Origin: Cyanobacteria bacterium MH1_Bin12
GTDB taxonomy: Bacteria; Cyanobacteriota; Cyanobacteriia; Cyanobacteriales; Cyanobacteriaceae
Length of the DNA: 44,699 nt
Direction of reading: 5' to 3'
Assembly (NCBI GenBank): GCA_011088145.1
Contig: JAALKG010000003.1
Coordinates: forward strand, 1 to 44,699
A model generated the notes under the pieces. It ran no database searches, was not told where the DNA came from, and saw nothing but the letters and a program-made list of their open reading frames with translations. Below are positions 1 through 9,136 of the stretch, piece after piece (the first letter of the stretch is position 1; each line of letters begins with the position of its first letter). Both the position numbers and the translations under genes were made by a program.

Positions 1-72
1 CGTGATTCATCCCATGGGCATAGCCGTGGGTCTTCTCAAGGAACACAGATAAAACTTTTGAAGGCAAAAACA

Positions 73-306
73 ATGAATTTAACTTATCGTGGTATTTCTT
101 ATCAAAAATCTGTCTCCTATGTTCAACCTAAAAAAACAGAAACAGTTAGTCAATATAGAGGACAAGTCTATCAAATAACAGCAGACATTAAAACTATAAA
201 CAAACCATCTCAAAATTTGTTTTATAGAGGGATTCAAGCCACAACTTTTTCTACCATGGATTCTGAACAATTAATGTATGAAACTATTGCGATGATGACT
301 TTATAA
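73..306 (+). CDS. DUF4278 domain-containing small protein
   Basis: ATG at 73 inside ORF 58..306 (58 is a TTG). MNLTYRGISY..QYRGQVY..FYRGIQA gives three spaced YRG motifs, typical of the cyanobacteria-restricted DUF4278 family. Confidence 0.7.
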   Translation: MNLTYRGISYQKSVSYVQPKKTETVSQYRGQVYQITADIKTINKPSQNLFYRGIQATTFSTMDSEQLMYETIAMMTL

Positions 307-497
307 TTTTATCGAATGAGAATAGATTGTTATCAATTGATGATTGATCATTATTGTTTTCGTTTGTAAAAATTTCTTGGCAACTAACAGATACAAATTC
401 TTTTTTTCAAACTACGAGTTCATCATTGAGAAATTAGGGAAAAATCTCGTTTCCGAATCAATTTTCAATTTAACCAAAACTTTTAATTTCAGGCATA

Positions 498-1586
498 TCA
501 TTGCAAAATCATCTCAATTACAGATTCAGCAGTAGCAGGAGCAAGTAAAATTCCATTACGGTAATGTCCTGTTGCCAAAATAATATTGCTATAATCACCT
601 AACTTTTCAATTACAGGTGAGGGTTTTCCCTCTGGGCGAGGACGTTTACCAGTCCAAGACATGATGATGGAGGCGTTTTCTAAACTGGGCAAAAAAGATA
701 TTGCCTTTTGATGTAATTTAATTAATAATGCTTCATCGGGCATAAGTAGTGTTTCTTCTGTGGGAAATTCGACGGTTGCCCCTAACCAAAATTCATTATT
801 TTGTATCGGCACAAGATGAATATCATTACCGTTAATTACAGGGTTAAAGTCAACTTTATGTTTCCAGTTTTTATGTTGAATTAATAATGCTTGTCCTAAA
901 ACGGGATTAACAGTGAAATTACTACCTAGTGATTTTATTAAATCAGATGTACCTAAAGCCGTTGCTAGAATAACCCAATCGGCAGATAATGTTTTAGTTT
1001 TAAGATGAATTTCTCGACAATCTTGACGGTTATTGATAGAGGCGATTTTTTCTACTTTTTCACCAAATAAACATTGAACTCCTCTTAAAGAGGCTCCTTT
1101 TACTAAAGCTTTATTTAAAATTGTTGGATTAATTTGCTTGTCATTAGGAGAATAAACCGCACCAGCAACCGAAGAAGTATCAACTTCAGGGCAATAGTCT
1201 TTTAAAACTTGGGGTTGCCAAATATTTAATTCATAACCTTTTCGAGAACGAGCTTGAGCTAGTTTTTCATATATGCCCATTTCTTCTGAGGAAAAAAGTA
1301 ATTTAACAATACCATCATTATTAGACGGAATAGAAATACCTGTTAATTTTTCTAATTCGGGAATTAAAGTGATGTATCGTCGTAAACTAGATTCTCTTAA
1401 TCTCCATCCTCTACCTCTTTTTTTACGGCTAATAATTCCCATGAAAACACCTAATGCGGCTCCTGTTGAGCCTGTCGCAGGATTATTGGCATCAATCAGG
1501 ATTATATCAAATTGTGGATAGTTACTTAATTCGTAAGCAATACTACTACCAACTATTCCGCTACCAATAATTACAACTTTTGTCAT
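498..1586 (-). CDS. FAD-dependent oxidoreductase, DAO family (glycine oxidase ThiO-like)
   Basis: 362-aa ORF. N-terminal dinucleotide-binding motif VVIIGSGIVGSSIAYEL and C-terminal GHYRNGILLAPATA as in the ThiO/D-amino-acid oxidase family. Ends with TGA at 498..500. Confidence 0.75.
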   Translation of the reverse strand: MTKVVIIGSGIVGSSIAYELSNYPQFDIILIDANNPATGSTGAALGVFMGIISRKKRGRGWRLRESSLRRYITLIPELEKLTGISIPSNNDGIVKLLFSSEEMGIYEKLAQARSRKGYELNIWQPQVLKDYCPEVDTSSVAGAVYSPNDKQINPTILNKALVKGASLRGVQCLFGEKVEKIASINNRQDCREIHLKTKTLSADWVILATALGTSDLIKSLGSNFTVNPVLGQALLIQHKNWKHKVDFNPVINGNDIHLVPIQNNEFWLGATVEFPTEETLLMPDEALLIKLHQKAISFLPSLENASIIMSWTGKRPRPEGKPSPVIEKLGDYSNIILATGHYRNGILLAPATAESVIEMILQ

Positions 1587-1740
1587 TCAATTTCTTGTAG
1601 TCTAATTCATTATTTATGTCTGATATCAATTTAAAAAATCCCCTATCCTATAAGAATTTTAGGAATTATAAATATTTATCAATATGAAGTTACCACTCTT
1701 TTGTTAGTAATTGTTAATTAATCGATATCATTATCAACGC

Positions 1741-1844
1741 GGTGTGCAACTTAAAACGAAAGAATAGGGCTTTTAAGGTTAATTTGTGTTTATTCAATTT
1801 TCAAAACCCTTTAAAATCAATGGTTAAAATTTAGTTGCACATGG
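1741..1844. mobile_element. MITE-like ~105-bp dispersed repeat, copy A (inverted termini TGTGCAACT)
   Basis: GGTGTGCAACTTAAAACGAAAGAAT ... TTTAAAATCAATGGT...AGTTGCACATGG recurs at 44044..44148. The first 25 nt and last ~40 nt are nearly identical and the centre has diverged. The two ends are inverted copies of each other. No coding capacity. Confidence 0.6.
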
Positions 1845-1944
1845 CGTATTATTATATTGATAATATTTTGGCAATAACTTTACTTTAAAATCTCGGTATT
1901 TTTATCTAGTGAGAAACTATTTTTTTTATTTTCAAAACTTGTTT

Positions 1945-3339
1945 ATGGCTCGTTTATCGAGACAATTAGCGTTATGGGTTTTTGTCAGCATTATTTTTAT
2001 TGAAATCGTCATTTTGATACCCTCAACTATGCGTCGAGAGAGGGAAAAGCTTCTTGAGTTGAAACAGGCTTGTTATAACATTTGGATAGCAACAATGAAA
2101 TTGAGTCCTCCAGACGCAAGTCCACAAGAATTACTATCCCAGTTTGAAAAAGCTAGACCAAATAATAATATTTTACTTGGAGGAGCAATATTCGATCGCA
2201 ATTTTCAAAATACAATTACTTCTTTCGGTATAAATCCTTCTTTTTCCTTAGATGAAGCAACTCAAGCCTATGATTTTTTCTACATTAAAAACAAAAAACA
2301 ATATAGTATTGCTTGGCAACCATCAGATTTAAAAGGAGATTATTTAGTTATACAGGTAGATGCTTCTTTCATTCAAAAATATCTCAAGCAATATATTATC
2401 AATATTATTCTTTTAATTGCACTTATTTCTGTATTTACCACATTAGGCACTATGTTAGCTTTGAGCTGGATTGTATTATTGCCTATTTTGAAGCTTAGAA
2501 AAGATTTAATGAAAGCAGGTAAGATGACTGCAGAAGGAAAAGAACTTACAAACATCAACTTGAATTCAACTGTTCAATCTAATGAAATAGGAGATGTAAC
2601 TACAGAATTTTTTAATCTGTTACGTATCATTTCCCAATCATTTCAAGCTCAAAAGCAAGCAGAGATGGAAGCCAAAGATGCTCAACAAAATGCCGAAAGC
2701 CAAGCCCAAGATTTAGCCAAAGCCAATCAAGAAATTACTTTTTTAAATAATAAATTACGCCAAGAAAACCTGCGTATGAGTGCTGAATTAGACATTGCTC
2801 GTCAATTACAACAGATGGTTTTACCGAATAAAGAAGAACTAGTTATTAAAGGAATTGATATTGATGCCTATATGAATCCTGCGGATGAAGTGGGAGGAGA
2901 CTATTATGATATATTACAAGCTGATGATGTAGTTACTATTGGGATTGGTGATGTGACAGGACATGGTTTAGAAAGTGGTATTTTAATGTTGATGACTCAA
3001 ACTGCCGTGCGTACTCTTCAAGAAATACGAGAAAAAAATCCAGTAAAATTTTTAGATATTCTTAACCGTACTATCTATCAAAATGTACAACGGATGAACT
3101 CTCAGAGAACACTGACTTTAGCTATTGTGAGTTATTGCAAAGGAAAGGTAAGTATTAGTGGACAACATGAAAACATTTTAGTCGTTCGTTGCGATGGTGA
3201 ACAGGTATTTTTTCTGCCAATAAATAAGCTAAACGAGGTGAGCCTGTGGTTAAGGTTGACAAAAATTGTAAGACAGGACTTTTTAACAAAGTCGTCAAAC
3301 CTTGAGAAGTTGCCATTTGAAAAGTATATTTATCGATAA
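1945..3339 (+). pseudogene. SpoIIE/PP2C-family serine phosphatase with N-terminal membrane sensor region, apparently 3'-truncated
   Basis: Likely ATG at 1945 (MARLSRQ) inside ORF 1909..3339. Has TM segments, a coiled coil (QAQKQAEMEAKDAQQNAESQAQDLAKANQE), then PP2C motifs EVGGDYYD and GDVTGHGLESG. Recognisable similarity stops near 3200 (ILVVRCDGEQ), roughly 90-100 aa short of a full SpoIIE domain. The last ~45 codons overlap the convergent ORF and do not look like protein. Confidence 0.6.
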
Positions 3340-4861
3340 TTTTGGCGGGAGCTACACTTCTGGCTTCCAGATTACGGAAAAAACGAGCTAGTCTTATTTG
3401 TTTAGCAGGTTCGATCGCATCTAAGATTTTCAATGCTAAAATATCATCATACCAAGATTGTCGAGGACTATCCCCATAACTTGCTGTCACAATTGGTAGA
3501 AAATCTTCACAGTATTCTCCTAAAATTTCCTGACGATATTTAACTGCCTCTCGGATAGAGATTTCTTTGGGTGCATCTCCTATAAGCCAATTGTAAGGAG
3601 GTTGCCATTCCCTGACAGGACGAAGACGATCGACTTGAGTGATTACAGTTATGATAGGTATATCGGGTAATTGTTTGAGCATATCCAAATCCATCTGTAA
3701 AGCAGGATCAAGAGCGGGATTTAATAGTAAAATCACATCAACTTCATTACTATAATCAATCACCTGTGCTTGAAATTCAGGGCGATCGACTTGTTCATAT
3801 CCGGGGGTATCATATAAATATAAAGCCTCACCTGTTTTAGTTTCCCATTGATAATTTTTAATATCTGTCGTATTAGGTAAGATATTAACCTCAGCAATTT
3901 GGGCATTAAACAAAGTGTTAATTAAACTGCTTTTGCCTGCACCTGTTCTCCCAGCTAATAAAATCTTAATGGGTTTTTGCTCAATTTTGTCTGGTTTTTC
4001 TGTTTGGGCAAAAATTTCTTGTAACGTTTGAGTTTTTGCACTGGGTAAACTAAAAGTAGTCTGTTCAAATTTATCTTGGGGCAGGTTATCCCCTCCATAG
4101 AGTAACGCTGCCTGTCGTGCTAAATTTCTGAGGGCAACTTCTTTTAATACTTGGTTGAGATTGATTAATAATTCTTGATTAGCCTGTTGATTTAAAGGTT
4201 GACTGGCTAATTTGGCCGCTGCTGTTACAGGATTGATTAACCATTGCGCCCAACCCCAAGCTTTTATAAGTTTACGAGCAGAAGGTTCAAGTTTACGATA
4301 GAGTTGATAACCTTGATAACCTTGTCCAACAGTAATTTGGTTGAACACAGGAGATAATTGTTGCATCCAACGATCGAGATCATCGGTGGTGTTGCGTATT
4401 AAACTATAAGCTTGAGGGATATATATATTTAGTAAAGGATATTCTACTTCTGGATGATAAATTAAAGCGATCGCTTCTACTAAATTTCGGCATTTTTGCC
4501 CAAATCAAAGGATATCTTCCCAAAAAAGAGGTTCATCTTTACTTTCCTTGACAATTGTATTGATAACTTCTTCTAACTTAGTTAATTGATCTGAATTACT
4601 TTGAATGAAGGTAGTAGATGAGGTTTTATTTTCTAGCTCTTTTTGGGCATCAGCAATAATATTTTCGACATTATTAAATAGAGATTGCGTCCATTTAACT
4701 AACAACCATCGCCAAGCAACAAAGATTAGAACAAAAACACCCCATATCCAATTAATACCCCAACGGTGAATTTGTCAACCCGTAGCGATCGCAAAAAAAC
4801 TAATTACACCAAAGACAGGAATACTTAAAATTGCCCACTGCCACCACTTTAAACGAATCAT
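3155..4861 (-). pseudogene. Membrane-anchored P-loop GTPase (MMR_HSR1/Era-like G domain) interrupted by two in-frame TGA codons
   Basis: One reading frame runs from ATG 4859..4861 to 3155 and joins ORFs 4505..4705 and 3155..4366. In-frame TGA at 4775..4777 (IATG*QIHRW) and 4505..4507 (WEDIL*FGQK). Two N-terminal hydrophobic helices. G1 GRTGAGKSSLIN, G3 DTPG, G4-like TQVD. The 3' end abuts or overlaps the truncated SpoIIE gene. Confidence 0.7.
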
Positions 4862-5046
4862 TTATTTATTTCATAGATTAATCTCATAACTATTATTTTA
4901 CAGTTAATGTCTTAGATGTTGATTATTGGCTAACGGCTAAGGCTTTGGGCATTTTTGGCTAAATGGCAAATAATGGGTGCAACAAATTTATCTGTAACCT
5001 TTGTAGTGATGTTGCATGCAACGTTACTACGGATTTGAATTCATTG

Positions 5047-5865
5047 TCAATTAAAAACGCGGTGTCGTAAAGAAGGCATTTGTATTCTCACCTGTTGTAA
5101 ACGTTGAGGATTAATCTCAGCTAAAGCGATACCAATTTGTGAACCAGTACTATTTAAAATACAACCCCAAGGATCTATAATCATGGCATGACCATGACTA
5201 CAGCGACGAGCATAATGATTTCCTGTTTGGGCTGGAGCAATAATATAAGCAGTATTTTCGATCGCTCTAGCTTGTAATAAAACCTGCCAATGATCTTTAC
5301 CCGTATAAGCCGTAAAAGCTGCTGGAATAAAGATTACCTCAGCACCTTCTTGAGACAAATGACGGAAAACTTCAGGAAAACGAACATCATAACAAATAGA
5401 TAAACCCAATTTACCTAAATCTCCCACATCACAAACTGACGGAAAAGTATTTCCAGCCATGACAGTGCTAGACTCGTCATATTTATTCCCATCAGGTACA
5501 TTTACATCAAATAAATGGACTTTTTGATAACGAGCTAATTCTAAACCATTAGGAGCAACTAAAACAGCAGTATTATGTACCTTAGACTTGTCTTCAACTA
5601 AAGGAGTAGGAAAACCACCACCAAGAATCGTAACTTGAAAACGTTGTGCCATACGAATCAAAAACTTTTCGCTTTTCGAGGCAATATTATCTGCTTGAGC
5701 AATTTTTTCTTCGTTTTTACCCAAAAAAGAGAAATTTTCTGGCAAACCGATTAATTTTGCTCCTTGATTTACTGCTAACTCGATTAATTCTTCTGCCTGA
5801 GCTAGATTGTGATCTATATCAGGAGTACTCGTCATGCAAACTGCCGCTGCCAAATATGGTTTCAT
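5047..5865 (-). CDS. Carbon-nitrogen hydrolase family protein (Nit/omega-amidase-like)
   Basis: 272 aa. Has the C-N hydrolase Glu-Lys-Cys signature contexts LPENFSF, RYQKVHLF and LSICYDVRFPE. Confidence 0.8.
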   Translation of the reverse strand: MKPYLAAAVCMTSTPDIDHNLAQAEELIELAVNQGAKLIGLPENFSFLGKNEEKIAQADNIASKSEKFLIRMAQRFQVTILGGGFPTPLVEDKSKVHNTAVLVAPNGLELARYQKVHLFDVNVPDGNKYDESSTVMAGNTFPSVCDVGDLGKLGLSICYDVRFPEVFRHLSQEGAEVIFIPAAFTAYTGKDHWQVLLQARAIENTAYIIAPAQTGNHYARRCSHGHAMIIDPWGCILNSTGSQIGIALAEINPQRLQQVRIQMPSLRHRVFN

Positions 5866-5900
5866 ATGAGATGATTCAGATTAATGAAAATTTGTCTAAT

Positions 5901-6641
5901 TTATTGGATAAACTCCCCGTAACTTTCACTTAATTCTTCCACTGCCAACTCGTAGAACTGTTGACCGTGCTCAGGAGTAGCTAAAGCTGGATTAGATCCC
6001 ATTCTACCATCTGGGTAGCAGTTACGAAAGTTCTTTGCTCCATAAATAGGATGACCTGTGGATACATCTGGGTTTAAAGGTGCTGTTTTAATCGCTGACG
6101 GGTAGGCAAATTGTGTCACGGCAACTTCCGAAGGAGTAGCATGAGAACCTTCTTGGTTACCATAAAGAGTCTTCGCTAATTGATATACTTCCCGACACAT
6201 AAACCAATTGGCTATCTTGCATTTTACCTGTTCATGATTAGGTAAGTTTAAACTATCTAAATGATCGTAAGTTTGAGAAAAAGCAGCTTTTAAAGTCGCA
6301 ATGTTACCTCCATGTCCATTGATAAAAAAGAATTTACGAAAACCAGCTTTAGCTAAAGAAGTTAGATAATCTTGGACATAAACAATTAAAGTTGTCGGAC
6401 GTAGGCTAATACTACCAGGGAAGGCTGTATGATGGAGAGCCATACCTACATTCATTGTGGGGGCAACTATTGCATCGGTTTTTTCTCCTACTCCAAGGGC
6501 AATTTTTTCAGCACAAATAGCATCAGTACCAATTAAACCTGTAGGCCCGTGTTGTTCTGTAGAGCCGATGGGTATAATAATAGCATCTGACTTGGTTAAA
6601 TAGGTTTCTACTTCTTGCCAAGTACATAAATGTAATTCCAT
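5901..6641 (-). CDS. Creatininase (creatinine amidohydrolase) family protein
   Basis: 246 aa. Family motifs IIPIGSTEQHGP and FINGHGGN. Confidence 0.8.
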   Translation of the reverse strand: MELHLCTWQEVETYLTKSDAIIIPIGSTEQHGPTGLIGTDAICAEKIALGVGEKTDAIVAPTMNVGMALHHTAFPGSISLRPTTLIVYVQDYLTSLAKAGFRKFFFINGHGGNIATLKAAFSQTYDHLDSLNLPNHEQVKCKIANWFMCREVYQLAKTLYGNQEGSHATPSEVAVTQFAYPSAIKTAPLNPDVSTGHPIYGAKNFRNCYPDGRMGSNPALATPEHGQQFYELAVEELSESYGEFIQ

Positions 6642-6734
6642 AATTTTTTGTTACTATACAAACCTTTAAAACACTTTTATCTTAAGTTAGAATTACAGCA
6701 AAATGATTTTGAACGATTTCAACAGGTGATATCT

Positions 6735-7109
6735 ATGGTTGTTACTCAAGTTTCTAAAAATAAAGCTGATGTTTCTGAAACTCGCCCTTGGGGTACTTTT
6801 ACCACTTTAGAAGAAGCATCAGGTTATAAAATAAAGCGTATCGAAGTTGAGCCTGGACATAGATTGAGCTTACAAATGCACCACCACCGTAGTGAACATT
6901 GGATTGTCGTTTCTGGCACCGCCAAAGTAACTTGTGGTGATGAGCAGAGGATTTTAGGAGCAAATGAGTCTACTTATGTTCCTCAATGTACCGCCCATCG
7001 TTTGGAAAATCCTGGGGTAATTAAGTTAATTTTAATTGAAGTTCAAAATGGAGAATATTTAGGGGAAGATGATATTATTCGTTTTCAAGATGATTATTCC
7101 CGTAAATAG
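6735..7109 (+). CDS. Cupin-domain protein, mannose-6-phosphate isomerase type II C-terminal-domain-like
   Basis: ETRPWGTFTTL..YKIKRIEVEPGHRLSLQMHHHRSEHWIVVSGTA matches the cupin G-x5-HxH-x3-E motif. ATG at 6735 is preferred over the TTG at 6648, which abuts the divergent gene's start. Confidence 0.7.
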   Translation: MVVTQVSKNKADVSETRPWGTFTTLEEASGYKIKRIEVEPGHRLSLQMHHHRSEHWIVVSGTAKVTCGDEQRILGANESTYVPQCTAHRLENPGVIKLILIEVQNGEYLGEDDIIRFQDDYSRK

Positions 7110-7117
7110 GATGTTGG

Positions 7118-7159
7118 GGAGAATGGAGAATGGAGAATGGAGAATGGAGAATGGAGAAC
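7118..7159. repeat. Heptamer tandem array (GGAGAAT) x5 perfect plus 1 variant, followed by a T-run
   Basis: Direct reading: ggagaat repeated from 7118, ending ggagaac, then gagatttttttt. Starts 9 nt after the stop codon at 7107..7109. Confidence 0.9.
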
Positions 7160-7305
7160 GAGATTTTTTTTAATTGTCCTCGAATATATCCCTGTTGATT
7201 TGTCCATGCTTATTTCATGTTTGAAATTGTGCAATACTCTCGTAAACAGAACTGATATAATTGTGGATTAATGGTTAATAATAAGTCTGTTTTCAGGCAA
7301 AAATC

Positions 7306-7338
7306 AATTATTAATTATTAATTATTAATTATTAATTA
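7306..7338. repeat. Heptamer tandem array (AATTATT) x4 plus a partial unit
   Basis: Direct reading. Ends 7 nt before the ATG at 7346. Confidence 0.9.
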
Positions 7339-7345
7339 AATATAT

Positions 7346-7684
7346 ATGATTAATGTTACCCAAAGAGCGATCGCAGAATTAGAAAGATTAACAAAAAATT
7401 ATGATTCATCCCCTAATTATCTGAGAATTAAAATTGTTGAGGGGGGTTGTTTAGATCTTCTATATCAATTAGATTTTAGTGAAGAATGTAGCGATCGAGA
7501 TTTACAATTTACTCATGATTCGGGTATGGTCATCATTACTGATCAAAAAAGTTCTGAGCATTTGCAAGATTTGACGATCGATTATTTAGAAGACATGATG
7601 GGAGGTGCTTTCCAATTCGATAATCCAGAAATTGACCATCATTGTAATTGTGGTCTTTCTTTTTCGGTGGAATCTGAAGAATAA
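7346..7684 (+). CDS. HesB/IscA-family iron-sulfur cluster insertion protein
   Basis: 112 aa. Internal Cys in VEGGCLD and C-terminal CNCGLSF, the IscA/ErpA three-Cys signature. Confidence 0.8.
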   Translation: MINVTQRAIAELERLTKNYDSSPNYLRIKIVEGGCLDLLYQLDFSEECSDRDLQFTHDSGMVIITDQKSSEHLQDLTIDYLEDMMGGAFQFDNPEIDHHCNCGLSFSVESEE

Positions 7685-7800
7685 TCAGTTAAAGTCAAAA
7701 TTCAAGGGGCAAAAACCAAAAGCCATTAGTAATAGTTTTAGTAATTCTCGTCTTGGTAAGCATTCCTTTGCGTCTTACGCCGACGAGGGTTTTGACCGCA

Positions 7801-7835
7801 ATTCTCAATTCTCAATTGTTCATTCTCAATTCTGA
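7801..7835. repeat. Heptamer tandem array (ATTCTCA and variants) x5, complement of the GAGAATT family
   Basis: attctca attctca attgttc attctca attctga. Ends 2 nt before the ATG at 7838. The same motif family occurs at 19743, 25251 and 37612. Confidence 0.85.
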
Positions 7836-7837
7836 TA

Positions 7838-9103
7838 ATGCCTAATCTAAATAGTTTCTCTCTATCCTTAGACCACGATTTGTTTGCCCAAAAATTGATC
7901 AACACTAAAAATTTACTTATCATTCAAGATTTGGATGGTGTTTGTATGGGTTTGGTTAAAAATCCTTTAAATAGAATCATTGACTATGGTTATGTCGAAG
8001 CGACTAGAAAATTGGCAGGACATTTTTTTGTATTAACCAATGGTGAACATATTGGTACATTTGGAGTTAATTCGATCGTCGAAAAGGCTTCATCTAAGGC
8101 GAATGTAAGCGATACAAACTACATACCCGGATTAGCAGCAGGAGGAATTCAGTGGCAAGATACTCACGGTAACATTAGTTATCCGGGGGTAATGGAGAGT
8201 GAATTGATTTTTTTGACCAAGATTCCGCTTTTTTTCAGAGAAAGATTAAAAAGTTTTTGCCATGAACATGCTTCTTTTTTGTCTTCGGAAGTAGTGGAAG
8301 ATGCTTTAGATGCAGTTGTTCTCGATAATTTAGTTTCTCCAACCGTTAACCTCAATACTTTCTTTTCTCTATTAGAATCTCAACCTAAAATCTATATCAA
8401 GTTGCAAGAAAGCGTTCAGGACATTATGACTGAATTATTTGCTCAAGCCAAAACTCAAAACTTAGATGATTCTTTTTTTGTTCACTATGCCCCTAATTTA
8501 GGACGTAATGAACAAGGAATGGAAATTATGCGTCCTGCGACTATGAGTGATTCGGGGACGACTGACTTTCAATTTATGTTACGAGGTGCGGTGAAAGAGG
8601 CAGGGGTTTTATATTTACTCAATAATTATTATTTCCTTCGTACCGGCAAATATCCTCTCGGTGAAGATTTTAGTCCTCGACAAGTGTCTTTTCAACATGA
8701 TGAGTTATTGAATCTTATTGATGATAATTTTCCTCCTGAAGATATGCCTATGATAATGGGAGTAGGAGATACAGTTAATAGTCAATCAGCTACCAAAGAT
8801 GGCAAGAAAGTCTTTTTGAGAGGCGGAAGCGATCGCAATTTTTTACAATTAATTCAAGATATTGGTAAAAGATATAATACAGATAATATCATTACCTATG
8901 TTGACAGTTCTCAAGGAGAAGTTAAAAATCGTAGACCAATTAAAGTTAGTTCTGTCGATGGTACTCTCTCAGTAGTAGAAGGAGTAGGACATCCAGAAGA
9001 TACGGAAGATCCTTTAAATGTTAATCTAGTGTTTGCTCAAGGACATCAACAATATTGTCAGTTTTTCTCTAATATTGCGGACAATTGGCATGGAAAAACT
9101 TGA
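7838..9103 (+). CDS. stpA: Glucosylglycerol 3-phosphatase
   Basis: 421 aa. Blocks LLIIQDLDGVCM, VLTNGEHIG, PGLAAGGIQWQD, FFVHYAPNLGR, DSGTTDFQFMLRGAVKEAGVL, GGSDRNFLQLIQD and YVDSSQGEVKNR match my memory of Synechocystis StpA (slr0746), which is of similar length. Confidence 0.8.
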   Translation: MPNLNSFSLSLDHDLFAQKLINTKNLLIIQDLDGVCMGLVKNPLNRIIDYGYVEATRKLAGHFFVLTNGEHIGTFGVNSIVEKASSKANVSDTNYIPGLAAGGIQWQDTHGNISYPGVMESELIFLTKIPLFFRERLKSFCHEHASFLSSEVVEDALDAVVLDNLVSPTVNLNTFFSLLESQPKIYIKLQESVQDIMTELFAQAKTQNLDDSFFVHYAPNLGRNEQGMEIMRPATMSDSGTTDFQFMLRGAVKEAGVLYLLNNYYFLRTGKYPLGEDFSPRQVSFQHDELLNLIDDNFPPEDMPMIMGVGDTVNSQSATKDGKKVFLRGGSDRNFLQLIQDIGKRYNTDNIITYVDSSQGEVKNRRPIKVSSVDGTLSVVEGVGHPEDTEDPLNVNLVFAQGHQQYCQFFSNIADNWHGKT

Positions 9104-9136
9104 TAACAATTAACAATATCCCAAAATCTTAAACTA

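Noticed and set aside
344-535. Intergenic ORFs from the track: 344..535, 7605..7835, 7738..7923, 14678..14881, 16477..16674, 28069..28326, 34228..34434.
   Set aside because: They have no homology features and span repeat arrays, IS remnants or promoter regions. 14678..14881 is antisense to the transposase fragment, and 7605..7835 runs through a heptamer array.
4775-4777. TGA read as selenocysteine or otherwise reassigned, to explain the in-frame TGAs.
   Set aside because: TGA clearly terminates ordinary genes in this window. The only TGA that can be aligned (pcyA) replaces a conserved Leu rather than Cys/Sec. None of the proteins belongs to a known selenoprotein family. One stop is TAA and one TAG.
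4963-5070. Cys-rich 35-codon ORF (MANNGCNKFICNLCSDVACNV...) suggestive of a small peptide.
   Set aside because: No ribosome-binding site. It overlaps the 3' end of the convergent C-N hydrolase gene, and its Cys codons derive from the TGCAAC palindrome sequence.
7118-7159. Tandem repeats considered as CRISPR arrays.
   Set aside because: The units are 7 nt and directly abutting, with no spacers. No cas genes are present in the window.
7747-7787. Interrupted hairpin CTCGTC..GTAAG / CTTAC..GACGAG between the IscA-like gene and stpA.
   Set aside because: Only 6+5 bp with a 3x3 internal loop and no U-tract. This is not enough to call a terminator or ncRNA.
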